Assembly (NCBI GenBank): GCA_004764695.1
Contig: SMSO01000034.1
Coordinates: forward strand, 1,736,001-1,800,000
Source of the DNA: Schizochytrium sp. TIO01
Taxonomy: Eukaryota > Protista > Bigyra: Labyrinthulomycetes
DNA: 64,000 bases
Reading direction: 5' to 3'
Below, piece after piece: positions 1 to 12,141 of this stretch. Position numbers and translations under genes: made by a program. Position 1 is the first letter of the stretch; every line of letters begins with the position of its first letter. The notes under the pieces are model-generated. The model ran no database searches. It had not been told where the DNA came from and worked only from the letters and a program-made list of their open reading frames with translations.

Positions 1-840
1 TCTGTCAACCAGGGATGCTATCAAACATCAGGCAGCTAGGTACATTTCATTTCGCAGTTCCCAATCATCATTGTGGGCGGGCATTCGCTCGAAGACATTT
101 CCTGGAGTCAAGCCCTTGTCGCCCTTATCGTGCAAAAACCCTCACCAGAAAGAAAGAAGCCTGTAAACCGGTCCCTTCGAAGCAGCTCCCACATTTTCAC
201 CCGCCCTGCATCTTGTAGCTGCCTGCTCCGTGAGTCCCCTCCCCGTCGCGATCCCTCGCATCCACGCAGTTCTTTCGTCTCCTGGGCCCAAGAACCCAGA
301 GTTCTTACCGCCACCACCCATCACAGACAGAGAGGGCACAAGGCGGCGCCTAGGACTCCGCTACGCCGGCCTAGCGCACCCCTCGCTGGAACCAGTCGCT
401 TGGGGCGGCGGATTCCAGACCATATTAACGGCGCGGTGCTAGGCATTTAGTACCCTATTGGGCGCCCCGGAAGGGGAATAAAATACGCCCTCCCGGCGAA
501 TGATTGGCTGCAAGAAGAGAGGGCGCCTGTAGTACCTGCATAAGTAACCTTAGAGGTGCCTAAGGTGGCGAAGATGTGATGAGAGAGTGTTTACCGAAGC
601 AGGAGGGAGTGGGAGATGGGTGTGGCGGCAGCGCTGACAACGTGGAGAGCGGGAGAACTCTTGAGGAGCGACGCCTGCGAATAAGCCTGTGCCGTCGCGA
701 TGCACGGCGTGGTCGATAAACGCGGGCTGGTTGCCAGGTTTCCGCATTGAGCCAACAGAAAATGTAAATAAAAAATATAGTCTCGCCAAGTAGAGTTACC
801 GGTAGGAATGGGATAAGAGGGGTTAATGGAAAAAGAAAGT

Positions 841-975
841 TTTATTTGTTTTGTTTGTTTTGTTTTGTTTGTTTTGTTTGATTTGTTTGATTTGTTTGTT
901 TTGTTTCGTTTGTTTTGTTTGTTTTGTTTGATTTGTTTTGTTTGATTTGTTTTGTATGTTTTGTTTGTTTGTTTA
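841..975. repeat. Degenerate (GTTT/GTTTT)n microsatellite upstream of NSA2
   Basis: Directly visible run of ttgtt/gttt units. Confidence 0.9.
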
Positions 976-1208
976 TGGAGGAAAGAATAAACAATTAATT
1001 CGATTGTTCTTCACATTCATTCTCTAATTCGCTTCGTGTGGCCGCTCTGTGGCTGTGCGAAGTCGGTTCTGCGCAAGCCCCTGCAGACAGCCCTGCTGGT
1101 GGGAGGCGTGGAAGGCGCGGTCTTTGGATTCAGGCTTGCTCCTTTGCGGAGCCTCGCTCGAGCGTGTCTTTGTAGTCGGGACCTCTCGGTCTCGCCTTGT
1201 TGACCAAG

Positions 1209-1991
1209 ATGCCTCAGAATGAGCACATGGAACTGCACAAGAAGCGGTACGGCCGCCGCTTCGACGCCGAAGAGCGTGAGCGCAAGCGCGACGCTCGTGA
1301 GGTGCACAGGAGGTCGAAGTATGCCCAGAAGGTTCACGGCTTCAAGGCCAAGCTCTACAACCAGAAGCGGTTTAAGGAGAAGGCTGAGATGCGCAAGACC
1401 ATCGCCATGCACGACGAGCGCAAAAACAAGCACGCTAAAGAAGAAGAAGTACAAAAGGGCGCTCTTCCCGCCTATCTCCTTGATCGTGAGGGAACCAACC
1501 GCGCCAAGGTTCTCAGCAACTCCGTCAAGCAGAAGCGTAAGGAGAAGGCCGGCAAGTGGGAGGTACCCATCCCCAAGGTCAAGCCTCTTGCAGACTCTGA
1601 AGTATTCCAGGTTATGCGCACAGGAAAGCGCAAGAAGAAGGCATGGAAGCGTCGCGTTAACCTCCCTGTCTTCGTGGACCCCTCATACACACGTAAGCCT
1701 CCCAAGTACGAGAAGTTTATCCGCCCTACTGGTCTTCGTTTCAAGAAGGCCAACGTGACTCACCCCGAGCTCAAGGCTACTTTCCAGTTGGAGATCTTGG
1801 GCGTGAAGAAGAACCCTCACTCGACAACATACACCGCTCTTGGAGTGCTGTCGAAGGGTACAATCGTGGAGGTGGCCACGCACGAACTCGGTTTGGTGAC
1901 GACGTCTGGAAAGGTCATCACAGGTTCCTACGCACAGGTCACCAACAACCCGGAGCTCGACGGCTGCATCAACGCGGTCTTGCTTGTGTAG
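1209..1991 (+). CDS. NSA2: Ribosome biogenesis protein NSA2 (60S maturation factor)
   Basis: [19 protein letters not shown]...FTRKPPKYE-type motif ([30 protein letters not shown])...[18 protein letters not shown] matches the highly conserved NSA2 sequence. First ATG is at 1209; the ORF track starts at an upstream TTG. Confidence 0.97.
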   Translation: MPQNEHMELHKKRYGRRFDAEERERKRDAREVHRRSKYAQKVHGFKAKLYNQKRFKEKAEMRKTIAMHDERKNKHAKEEEVQKGALPAYLLDREGTNRAKVLSNSVKQKRKEKAGKWEVPIPKVKPLADSEVFQVMRTGKRKKKAWKRRVNLPVFVDPSYTRKPPKYEKFIRPTGLRFKKANVTHPELKATFQLEILGVKKNPHSTTYTALGVLSKGTIVEVATHELGLVTTSGKVITGSYAQVTNNPELDGCINAVLLV

Positions 1992-3335
1992 TTATAAGTA
2001 AGTAAAAGAGTGAGTTAGGATGGATGGTAGCCTGTTGAATCAGTCAATCACTTGCTTGTTTGCTTGGGTCCTAGCGTGGTGTTAGGCTGGGGCATTTGCT
2101 GTGAGATCGACATCTGCCGACGCACACGAGCGAGAGAGAAAGCGTTAAGTGGAGATTCGAAGTTGGCACAGACAAGCTAGCCAGCCTGTCTGATTTCATG
2201 GTGTTGGGGGTGCTCTAGACTCTACGGATATGTTTGTTTCGGAAAAGCTTCTTTATTAGTTAACCTCATTTCAGTTTTGGTTTCTAAAGGGTGGCAAGTT
2301 ATTTCACTTCGTAGGATAGTTAAGCGCTTCAGCCGTACTTCCGAATGTCCTGTTCTCAGAGCTCGCAGAAGGAGCAGCTAATTTTATACTTTTGGATTCA
2401 CACACCACTCCCGTCCAGAATAACATTGACAAGAATAGCTCAAAACAAGAAGATACAGCTCATGACAAGAAAACACAGCTCATAAGTAGTTCCGCCATAG
2501 TTTTACAATAAAATCTCTATAAACACATCTACGCGAACAATTGAATAAACGCTTCTCTTTGATTCGTTATCTAGTCCACCCGCCTTCCTTCTTCCTGTTA
2601 AAAAATAAAAATAAAATGAAAAGCTGAAGAAGGCCGGCGCCACTATTTGAAACCTCTACGTGCTACAACCAGGTGCATGTTACCTGATTTGGTCGTGAAT
2701 TAGGCCTTGATTCAGCGATTCTTCGAAGAAAGATATGATTATTCAACTACTCTACCCGTTTTTGATGCCTTCGCACGAAGAAGTGACAACAATTTTTGTA
2801 AAATTTCACAGCTCCACGCGCTCCACATGCTGAAATCTCTTTCTAGTCAGACTGGAAGTTTATAAAATGATGCCACACCATATAAATATTTTCTCAAGAG
2901 AGAAAGTTTGGAGTTAGATTGTAGAAATCTTACGATGAAATCAGCATAAATTGGCTACTTGCTCGCACGTAGTAGAACAATTTAAAATGGTGCTTTTCAT
3001 GCAGATTTGAGCTCTTAATATAAATGTAACAGAAGAGGTGTCTGATAAGATGACAAAGCTACATATATCTACAAATCTTGGAAAACTTTGAAGGACCAAA
3101 TTGTGGTTTCAGAAGTACCCTTAGAAGAAGAATGATTGGCACCGCCTGCTCAAATCACCAGTCACATGATGGGAATATCATTTGGAAGATACAGAGCAAA
3201 ACTAGCACTACCTCATTATGGAAGGTAATGTCCAAGCTAATCGAAGGGTTTGGGAGAAAGAAGACGCTTTATAAACCTTCATCTCATCAAAATTAAGAAC
3301 CAATAGAGCATAGAGCTGTAAATATTTTCTTTACA

Positions 3336-4205
3336 TTATACACGGGTTTCGAGCTGCCCAAGCTCGAGCTGACGATAAGCTGGGATGTACCTGAGTAGAA
3401 AAGCCCGAATAGTATTGTGAATATTAGACCAAATAAATGCAATACCCAGGCCACTGCAAAAGAAGAAGAACGGAACCTTTAGGCGGGATTGTGGCGTCCG
3501 CAAGAAGAACGGGATAATATAGAACTCTAATATCGCTTTGAGAATGGCTAAGGACGGAGATTGCCGTACATCTCCATTAGGACCAATCACCTGCGTTGGT
3601 AAGATATCAGCTAGACCATCTGTGAACAGCCAAAAGGTGCAGCCATAGCTGCCAAGTTTGATGAGTCCATAAATAATAAGCGCAAGGCGGGAGAGTCTTT
3701 TCGGATCCGCACCGATGATAAAAAGATTAATGTCCTCAAGCGTTTGTCTAGGTATTATACAACCAAATGTTCTGCGGCGCCACGGGCGTGCGTAAAGATC
3801 GCCAGGTCCGTGTACATACAAATCGTCACGTTTGAAGTATCTAGACAAATACAAAGCTCCAAAAGATAACGGGATAAGCGCTGATCCGCTCACTACACGA
3901 ATTAATCCCTCATAAACGTAACGTAATGGAATGAGTTTTCGCCAAACAGACTTCTCGTCACGGACGAGACGGAATCGAGCTTGACAGAGTTGGCATCTGA
4001 ACCTCCTCTCGTTATCAAGATTTAACATACGCCACTGGTTCAAGCACGACGCATGCACAAATCGGATCGTCCCTGTGCAGTTACAAGGCGCAATAAGCGG
4101 CTCCTCGTCAGGAGCTTCACCCTGATAGCAGAACCTACAGCATGGGCCATTTGCGGCATCATCTTCTAGATCCGCAGCGGCCTCCTCATTGTCCATAGCT
4201 TCCAT
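3336..4205 (-). CDS. RING-CH (RINGv/MARCH-type) membrane E3 ubiquitin ligase
   Basis: CRFCY...LIAPCNCTGTIRFVHASCLNQW...CQLC is a C4HC3 RINGv, followed by several hydrophobic segments. First ATG is at 4205. Confidence 0.88.
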   Translation of the reverse strand: MEAMDNEEAAADLEDDAANGPCCRFCYQGEAPDEEPLIAPCNCTGTIRFVHASCLNQWRMLNLDNERRFRCQLCQARFRLVRDEKSVWRKLIPLRYVYEGLIRVVSGSALIPLSFGALYLSRYFKRDDLYVHGPGDLYARPWRRRTFGCIIPRQTLEDINLFIIGADPKRLSRLALIIYGLIKLGSYGCTFWLFTDGLADILPTQVIGPNGDVRQSPSLAILKAILEFYIIPFFLRTPQSRLKVPFFFFCSGLGIAFIWSNIHNTIRAFLLRYIPAYRQLELGQLETRV

Positions 4206-7051
4206 AGAAGATATCAATCAAACTCTCTGAGACCCTCAACCCTCCACACAATGAATTTGCTCTTGCTACCAGACTGAACAATCTTTACTGGTATGTGCTA
4301 ATCTTAATTGGCTCTGCTTTGTCCTGGAGTATTGATTGCTGTCCCGAAGCACACGAGGGTTGTTAAACCGGTACGCAAGCAGAACGTTGCAATGGAAAGG
4401 ACGGCTGATGAGCAGTTCTTCACGCTCAATTATGCAAGAAGTCTCGTTACCCGCCAGTTTGAGAAAGGGGGCTGCAACGGCTGTATAAGTTTGCCAGCTC
4501 GTTGCAATGCTCGGAGACCTTGCCAACGGTGCCTCGACCAACGCCAAGGCTTTGGTTTAACAGCAGCATTTTCTTCACAATGCAGCTATTGAAAGAAAGA
4601 AAAGGAAGAAATGAGAAGAAATGGGCCCATTCCCTCTTACCTCTAGAGCTAGATACCTATTACGATTATGCAAGGTAGTAGGTAGGGGTTTAGGTATATG
4701 TAGGTACAATAACAGCTAGGAAGGACCAATTTAGGTTTGGCTTACGTAGGTATTTGTGTTTGTTTGAGCACTCCCTCAAAAAATAAATTTGTCCATGCAT
4801 AGACACGAATACACATAAGCACGCGTATGCGAGACGTGGCAGTTTTGATATAGTCTGCAAGGGGCGAAGGAAGGTTGGTTCTTCATAGTGAATTTGCGCT
4901 TCGATAATCTGGGTTGCAAACTACAGTATTAAGAATGAATGTCAACGAGCATCACCTCAAAGATAGGCGATCCTAGTCTCTAAGTTTATGACATTGGCCA
5001 TAGACGTGTTGCACAAAAGTATTTCCAGACAACTGTTTGCCCTTGCAGTTAAGTCGCTCTATAATTATTCAGGCTAAATAGTAGACCTTTCAACTTCATT
5101 ACATGTTTCAATCTAAGTGGAAAATCATAATTCGAACCTGATAGGTAGTACTGCATTGCACTCCGCAAATGTTGGTTATGAACTGAATTCTAGCAACAGC
5201 CACCTGTGTTTTTATGGTCGAGAACGTTTGGGGTTGGAGCCCTTCATTCTGAGTACTGTGTAGTAGGTAGTAGTGCCTCTACTTCAGGCTTTTTCTTTCT
5301 TTTCCAGGCTCTTGGGAGATTTATGTTCGAACGCCAACTCGGCAATCTGTAGGCGTGTTTTTTTTGTAGGTGGGCATCATCAAGTCTTAAAAATCTAGTC
5401 AGCAATTAACAAGACGCCAAGCACCACTGCCCAGCATGCATTCAACTGTAATAAATCATCATCATCATAACTATCATAAGAACGATATAGTCGCGCACTG
5501 CCATAAGACTCCAGGAAGTAAGTTACCAATTTAATGTCCCTCAGGGGGTGCATAGGTTGGGGCGGAGGCCTTGTTCATAGATATGCAGCGCGGTTATCCT
5601 GCAACTGAGTACCGTGGCAACTGAGGATCTGCTCGCCTTTGGTCATGCTATGGGCCTCAGCTTCCTAACCTGAATTCGTTGGATCTTGTTCATTTCACTG
5701 GGGCCCATGCTGCATGCATGAATCTCTCGCCACCCAACGTTTCCAGTTGTCAGGCTACCTGCCCACGAGAATTGCCGAACTATTTACCAAATGCCTCAGA
5801 CTGCAGCGCTTGTAGTGCTACGCCTTCGCGTTGCTCCCCTTAATTTCCCAGGCAGTTGAGTCCTCCGCTTCCCTCAACCGTACGAGGGAACTGACCTGAT
5901 AGTTAAAGTCGAGTCTTTTGTGCCTTCGCCATGGCTTTTACGAAACTCCAAGGACGCCATCTGTCGTGAACTTCAACACCTTGAATGACGACATTACATT
6001 CATGAACTCTTCAACGATGATGGAGTAGGGAAGTCTACGAATTGCAAAAACGTGAACAGTAAGAATCGTCTAGAACAGCCAGCCGGCACGCAACAAGTAG
6101 AGTTTCCATCTCATTACTGTACAGTATTCCGCGTATACTCTACTTTAGGTTTCCTGCGCAAGTAGGGTAAAACGCCTCCTAGACCGGCCTTCACCGTTTA
6201 CAGAGACTCTTAACGGAACCCCTATTAAGCTCTAAGATAAACATGAAAAGGGACAACAGAGAAAATAATGAAGAAGGACAGCAAGCAAACAAACAATTCG
6301 TCAACCATTGCCACGCCTCAACGACAGCAGCGAGGGACCCCGGAACCGGCAGCGTTGCGAGCCAGAGACCCGTTGAGACAGGCGCCCCTGCCCTTTCTCG
6401 CTCCAGCCTGACCACGCTCGTACCCGGACTTAGCCTGTCCGGACGCTGTCAATATTTCTGCATGGCCAGATAGAAAACTGTTTTTCTCTTTTAGGTGCTG
6501 TTTTATTATCATAAAAACTAGGTTGGTACTAGCTAGTCCTACAACAAAGGCGCTAGTTAATTAGAGACAGCAGCAGCAACCCTTGTTTCCTGACTCTATC
6601 CGCTTCGGCTGCCACTCGCAAGCCTTCCTCCTGTTCGTAGTTTCACTTCAGCTGCTACCTGTACCACTTCTTCTTACGTGGGCCTCTTTTCCGCTTCTTC
6701 CTGGGCTACTTCATCGTCGTTCCCTCTGCTTCGTTCTTCTGCCTCTTATTCTGGTGTTGAAGGTAGTAGCTCTAAAGTAGTGGCGTGAGCTTTCTTGGAC
6801 AAGAACAATCGGGAGAAGGAATACCTGAGTATTCTGGTCACTTTTTCTACAGTTTGGGAGATCTGTGAAGTTGCAGGGTTGGACCTGTATTTCTTGTTTG
6901 GTAGAAAACGCACGCTAGAGTGACGAGTTCATTCTTGGTCTGACGGACTAGGGCACACGGTCTCTGGAGAACGAGAATACTGAGATTTGCGGTGCACATA
7001 ACATTTCCTTGAGTCAGACAAACAAAGAGGGCTAGGTTGGTATTTCATACC

Positions 7052-9022
7052 ATGGCAGAGGCGGACATGATGGCGCTGCCCGCGTCTGCTCAAATGCAAA
7101 AGCGAATCGCAAAGCGCAAGGTGTGGCGTGAAGTCGTAACAAACGAAGGACCGAGCTACAAAAATCACACTGCAACCCTCGTGGGTAACAAAATCTATGT
7201 CTTTGGTGGCTATGACGGCCGGGGCAATCACAACGATGTTTATGAGTTCAATTGTATTGCAAAGAGGTGGCGAAAAATTGAAGTCATGGGGGAGGCACCA
7301 AAGGGGCGCAACGGGCATACCGCAACTTATGCAGAACAAAAAATCTTTATTGTGGGAGGCTGGCTAGGCTCAGGTCCTTTAGCAGCCTCAGACTTGCACA
7401 TTTTGGAAATGGGCAGTCTTATGCGCTGGCATAGCGTACAGCCTCTCGGAAACGCACCAGGCCCCTGTAATATGCACACAACAGATTTTGTACCAGAAAA
7501 ACGATCTCTCTTTGTCTTTCGCGGTGGCGATGGAAGTCAATACCTGAATGATCTGCACTTACTTAACATTGATACTTTCGAGTGGACCCAGCCAGACGTT
7601 TTCGGCGCGAAGCCAGCGGCAAGGGCGAACCACAGCTCCGCGCTTGTAGGACGTAAGCTTTACGTGTTTGGAGGCTGGGACGGTCGTCAGCGACTCAATG
7701 ATATCCACATCCTTGACACAGATACGCTAACCTGGAGCCAGCCTCAGGTCCATGGCCATCCTCCATCACCACGGGCGGGCATGACTTTCACATGTGTTAG
7801 GGACAAGATCTATCTTTTTGGCGGCTCTGGTCCACAGGCAACATGTTACAAAGATCTGCAGGTATTTGACCCGGCGACTAACACGTGGCTCTTGGTTACG
7901 GAAGGCCGAGGCGAGAGCAAATCGGCTGGACTTGAGGACGCCTATCCAAACATTAACCGTGACAGAATTTCCATGTCTTCATCTGAATACGAAGCTTCAG
8001 GGCTCCCAGGGTTATATAATGGTAGCGGTATAGGGGCTGGTGCCTCAGCATCTTACGGCTCAAAGGGTAAGAGTAAGGGTACCGCACGGGTGACCAGCCA
8101 CAATCGTGGCATGCCATCCTCCTCTTCTGCACAGCAACAAGACTCTTCAGGAGGTAGTGGCGCTAATCCGAACTCAGTGTCCCTTGGGGCAGATATTTAT
8201 GTGGTTGGCAAAGGGCCTTCCGAGCGTGCTGGACACACAGCAACTCTTGTGGACAACAAACTCATTATCTTTGGCGGAAGCTGCGTTGATGACTATCTGC
8301 AGGATATGTCAATGTTGGATGTGGATGAGCCACCGACTGTTTGTGTGGAGTCGTATGGCGGCCCACTGCAACGGTTAGAGGGCAAGCTCAAGTCATTTAT
8401 AAACAATCGCACATTTTCTGATGTGACCTTCGTTGTCGAAGGTAAAAAACTGTACGCTAACAAGCTTGTACTTGCTCTCACAAGCGAGCGATTTGAGCTT
8501 ATGTTTTGCCCTCGTGAAGACGGAACACAATTTAGGGAAGCTGTAGATCGAGAAATCCGGATCGATGATGTTTCCTTTAATGTTTTCCATGATATGATTG
8601 AATATTTGTACACCGGGGACTTAAGGGCTCCATTTGTACTTGACTTGGAGAACAAAAATGGCCGCCCCTTCTCAACAACCGAGGCCCAAAGCCTTGTTGA
8701 AATGTACGTTGATGAGGCTGCCCATCGTCTAATTTTGACGGAATTGCCAGCAGATGATGGCAGCACTGTTCCTTTAAAGCTTGACGAAATGAGGTACCTA
8801 CAAGAAATGCTTGTTTGTGCAGACCGTTTTATGTTGGACCATTTGAAGCAGCTTTGCGAACGGCAGCTAGTTCGCTTCATTGCTCAGTCTACTGTTAAGG
8901 AGCTTGAATATACCTCTTTGGAAACAAATGCGGCACAGCTTCACATGGTATGTCAACATTTCCAGCGCCAGGTGGCCCATCGTTTCCAAGATGCTGACTC
9001 TTCATCTCGTCACTTTTCCTAA
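7052..9022 (+). CDS. Kelch-repeat + BTB/POZ protein (LZTR1-like Cul3 adaptor)
   Basis: About six Kelch repeats (HTAT..IYVFGG) and a BTB domain (FSDVTFVVEGKKLYANKLVL...EYLYTG...ADRFMLDHLKQLCE). ATG is at 7052. Confidence 0.92.
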   Translation: MAEADMMALPASAQMQKRIAKRKVWREVVTNEGPSYKNHTATLVGNKIYVFGGYDGRGNHNDVYEFNCIAKRWRKIEVMGEAPKGRNGHTATYAEQKIFIVGGWLGSGPLAASDLHILEMGSLMRWHSVQPLGNAPGPCNMHTTDFVPEKRSLFVFRGGDGSQYLNDLHLLNIDTFEWTQPDVFGAKPAARANHSSALVGRKLYVFGGWDGRQRLNDIHILDTDTLTWSQPQVHGHPPSPRAGMTFTCVRDKIYLFGGSGPQATCYKDLQVFDPATNTWLLVTEGRGESKSAGLEDAYPNINRDRISMSSSEYEASGLPGLYNGSGIGAGASASYGSKGKSKGTARVTSHNRGMPSSSSAQQQDSSGGSGANPNSVSLGADIYVVGKGPSERAGHTATLVDNKLIIFGGSCVDDYLQDMSMLDVDEPPTVCVESYGGPLQRLEGKLKSFINNRTFSDVTFVVEGKKLYANKLVLALTSERFELMFCPREDGTQFREAVDREIRIDDVSFNVFHDMIEYLYTGDLRAPFVLDLENKNGRPFSTTEAQSLVEMYVDEAAHRLILTELPADDGSTVPLKLDEMRYLQEMLVCADRFMLDHLKQLCERQLVRFIAQSTVKELEYTSLETNAAQLHMVCQHFQRQVAHRFQDADSSSRHFS

Positions 9023-10761
9023 ACATGGGAGCCAGGAGATTGGTGTAAGTAACTAAGGACACCGATGAAAGATGAACTGTCGGGGTTCACTCAATGTGAA
9101 TAGCTCAAAAGTCTTCAAACAAAACAGAGAGGTTACGAGTTGGGGACGCCTATGCTCCAATGGTCGTAAAAACATACCTCGAACGGCACCATGTTCTCTT
9201 TGTTTAACGTGATCTAAGATATGAAGGAGCACTGTATTATTGACTCCATGTTGTACTTGCGTTTACTTTCGTCAGGATTTGTTTTTAATGTATTACTACT
9301 TAACCCTTACGCCTCAGTACTAATTCTAGGCTTTAAAAGCCACCTCCTCCTTCTAATTCATAATGTGAAAGCAACCGCAGAGCTACATTGCCCTGCACTA
9401 CCTGAACATCAAAACATTCCCGAGTTTTTACTTCTCTGAATTCTTCTTCCTTTTTATAATAACAAAAAATATGTTAAACAAGTCCGACGTGAATATATAT
9501 ATATATATATCTTTCTTCTTTCTTTTCTTTAGTTGGTGACTATTTCGACCGATTCAATTAAAATTGGGTTGCTTGTTGCTTATCTCCTTTAGACAGGCTC
9601 GTTGCTGGCTTCATTGTCCAAGTTGAACGTTTGTTTTCCAATCTCTCATCACTATGAAGCGTAATGCATGCGTTTGCAGTTGAGTAATTATCTGCTGATT
9701 CCCTTTTTCCTGAATGACTCTAAAATGAATGACGTTGATAATAAGCCCTGTGGAAGTGCAATTGAAAAGACTTGCTTGGGGATTCTCAGCGCAACGATCT
9801 TTCCTATCCCAGATGAAATCACTTTGTGTATGTGTGTTTTCTAATCTTGCTTGACCTGAGAGATCAGAGAGCACACTCATCTTCTACGTTTTATAGACCT
9901 ATTAGTGTACCATATGGCATCAAGAAGATGTATACGATATGGTACTTTCCATGTTATCGCCTTATCGTACTTTGGTAGGTAGATAGTGAACCATCTAGTA
10001 GAGTATGCAGGCAACTAAATCTTCCATGAATGCGCAAGCATTGTGGGCCATCGGCCCACGAAATTAAAGGTATGGAGGGGAGACCAAAACAAACGAGTGA
10101 ATCGCACAGGTGTCAGTGACTTTTGGACGTGGGCGACCAGCACACAATCATAAACCCATATAAGGATATCCTCTGCTCGGACCAAAGAGACGCTTCGGGT
10201 ATAGTGGTCTCACATAGACGGTTCTTTTTTCGTATACGTCATCAAAAGTGCAAGGGTCACCACTGACCTAATATGAAAAGCAGTCGCCTCTCACTGGTTG
10301 ATAGATTACCCAGATTCTCTCACTATTATACTCATCGCGATTAATTAATTTGCTTGTGTCAAAATTCAATTTGAAAATGAACATTTGGTTTTGTACAAAT
10401 GGCTTTTGTCCAGTGTTCTAGTGCACTCACTTCTTCAGTGTAAGCAAAAAGGAATGTTATCACGTTGGTAGACGGGCATGTAAAACGATCGAAGACCTTC
10501 AACAAAGATTTGGATAGCAAAGGTAGATGTCAGCTTGCACGGAAGATATATAACGCCAAGTACTTATGGAGTTTGCGAACTTCGGAGAGTATTAGCAGCG
10601 TGTGGTAAATTTGATAATGATAAATTTTGTTGATATGCAAAAAAGATATTTAGAAAGGTAAAAAGTAAAGAGATAAAGAAAGGATGTGCCTAGAGGGATG
10701 ACTCTGGCATTGAGATAATTGAATGAGAGCAAAAAATGAGAGGGAGAGAATCTATGTGTAC

Positions 10762-12141
10762 TTACTTGACGTTCTTCACAATCCAGTCGCTGGTGATGGA
10801 CTTGGGGCGCTCGAGGGGGAAGCCAAGAGCACGGTCGAGGAGAAGCTGGGAGAGAGCACCGTAGGCACGGGAAACAGCGAAGAGAACGGTGTAGTAGTTC
10901 TGCTCCTTGAAGCCGTAGTGCTGAAGGAGGATACCACTGTGAGAGTCGACGTTAGGCCAGGGGTTCTTGGTCTTACCGTGCTCGAGGAGAACGTCGGGCA
11001 TAACCTTGTAGATAGTAGACACAATGTGGAAGAGCTCGTCATCCGGCATGAACTTAAGAGCAAAAGCGCGCTGGGCAGTGTAACGGGGGTCAGTCTTACG
11101 GAGAACGGCGTGACCGTAGCCGGGGATGACACGGCCAGAGTTGAGGGTATCCCAAGCGAACTCGCGGATGGTGTCCTCGTTCACGGGCTTGCCCTCCTTG
11201 TCGAAGTGGGCCTTAAGGTCAAGGATCCAGCGGAGAACCTCCTGGTTGGCAAGACCGTGGAGAGGGCCAGCGAGGGCGTTGAAGCCACTGGCGATGGCAA
11301 GGTAAGGGTCACTCAAGGTGGAGCCGACCAAGTGAGTGGTGTGGGCACTGGCGTTACCACCCTCGTGGTCACTGTGGATCACAAGGTAGAGACGCATGAG
11401 CTCGTCGAACTCGGGGTCAGAGTAGCCAAGCATGCGGCAGAAGTTGGCAGAGTAATCGAGGGAAGAGTCGTACTTGGCGACCTTGCCGTCGTAGTAGGTG
11501 CAACGGTAGATGAGAGCGGCAACCTCGGGGAGCTTGGCGATCACGTTGAGGATATCCTCGTATGCGGCCTCCCAGTACTTAGTCTTGTGCATGCCCTCAG
11601 CGTACTGCTTGGCGAAGACAGACTCGGTCTGGAGAGCAGTCACGGCAGTGGTGAGCTGGGTCATGGGGTGCATGGTCTTGGGGAAGGAGCGGATGAGGGG
11701 CTCGATGTGGTCCGGGAGCTTGGCACGGGAGTGGAGCTCGTCAGAGAGGGCCTTGGCCTGGTCGGCGGTGGGGCACTCGCCGGTCATGAGGAGCCAGAGG
11801 AGGGCCTCAGGGCCAGGCTCGCCACCCTCCTTGCCGCCGGCAGGGGGGAGCTCCTTCTGGAGGTCAGGGATGGTACGGCCACGGAAGCGGATACCCTCCT
11901 CGGCGTCGAGGAGAGAGGTCTCCCAGATCATGCACTTGACACCACGGGCACCGCCAATGGCCTGCTCGACGGTGACCTCACCAAGGCTCTTGGAGCCGTA
12001 CTCAGCCTTGAGCTTCTTGAACTTCTCCTGCTCCTTGGGGATGACCTCGAGGAGCTTCTCCTTGAGGGAGGTGGTGGCGAGGCCACGGGTCGCCATAAGA
12101 CGGACCGATGACGCCCGGAAGGTGTGCATGGTGCTAAGCAT
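10762..12141 (-). CDS. CS: Mitochondrial citrate synthase
   Basis: [41 protein letters not shown] and [11 protein letters not shown] motifs. Arg/Ser-rich transit peptide [19 protein letters not shown] from the ATG at 12141. Strong codon bias. Confidence 0.98.
   Translation of the reverse strand: MLSTMHTFRASSVRLMATRGLATTSLKEKLLEVIPKEQEKFKKLKAEYGSKSLGEVTVEQAIGGARGVKCMIWETSLLDAEEGIRFRGRTIPDLQKELPPAGGKEGGEPGPEALLWLLMTGECPTADQAKALSDELHSRAKLPDHIEPLIRSFPKTMHPMTQLTTAVTALQTESVFAKQYAEGMHKTKYWEAAYEDILNVIAKLPEVAALIYRCTYYDGKVAKYDSSLDYSANFCRMLGYSDPEFDELMRLYLVIHSDHEGGNASAHTTHLVGSTLSDPYLAIASGFNALAGPLHGLANQEVLRWILDLKAHFDKEGKPVNEDTIREFAWDTLNSGRVIPGYGHAVLRKTDPRYTAQRAFALKFMPDDELFHIVSTIYKVMPDVLLEHGKTKNPWPNVDSHSGILLQHYGFKEQNYYTVLFAVSRAYGALSQLLLDRALGFPLERPKSITSDWIVKNVK

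Noticed and set aside
6-17. 12-bp match CAACCAGGGATG to the minus strand of the 58.7 kb element copy
   Set aside because: Too short, and the flanks do not align, so it is likely chance.
10723-12111. 462-aa plus-strand ORF antisense to citrate synthase
   Set aside because: A shadow ORF expected from strong codon bias (avoidance of TTA/CTA/TCA) in a highly expressed gene. It has no recognisable domain.
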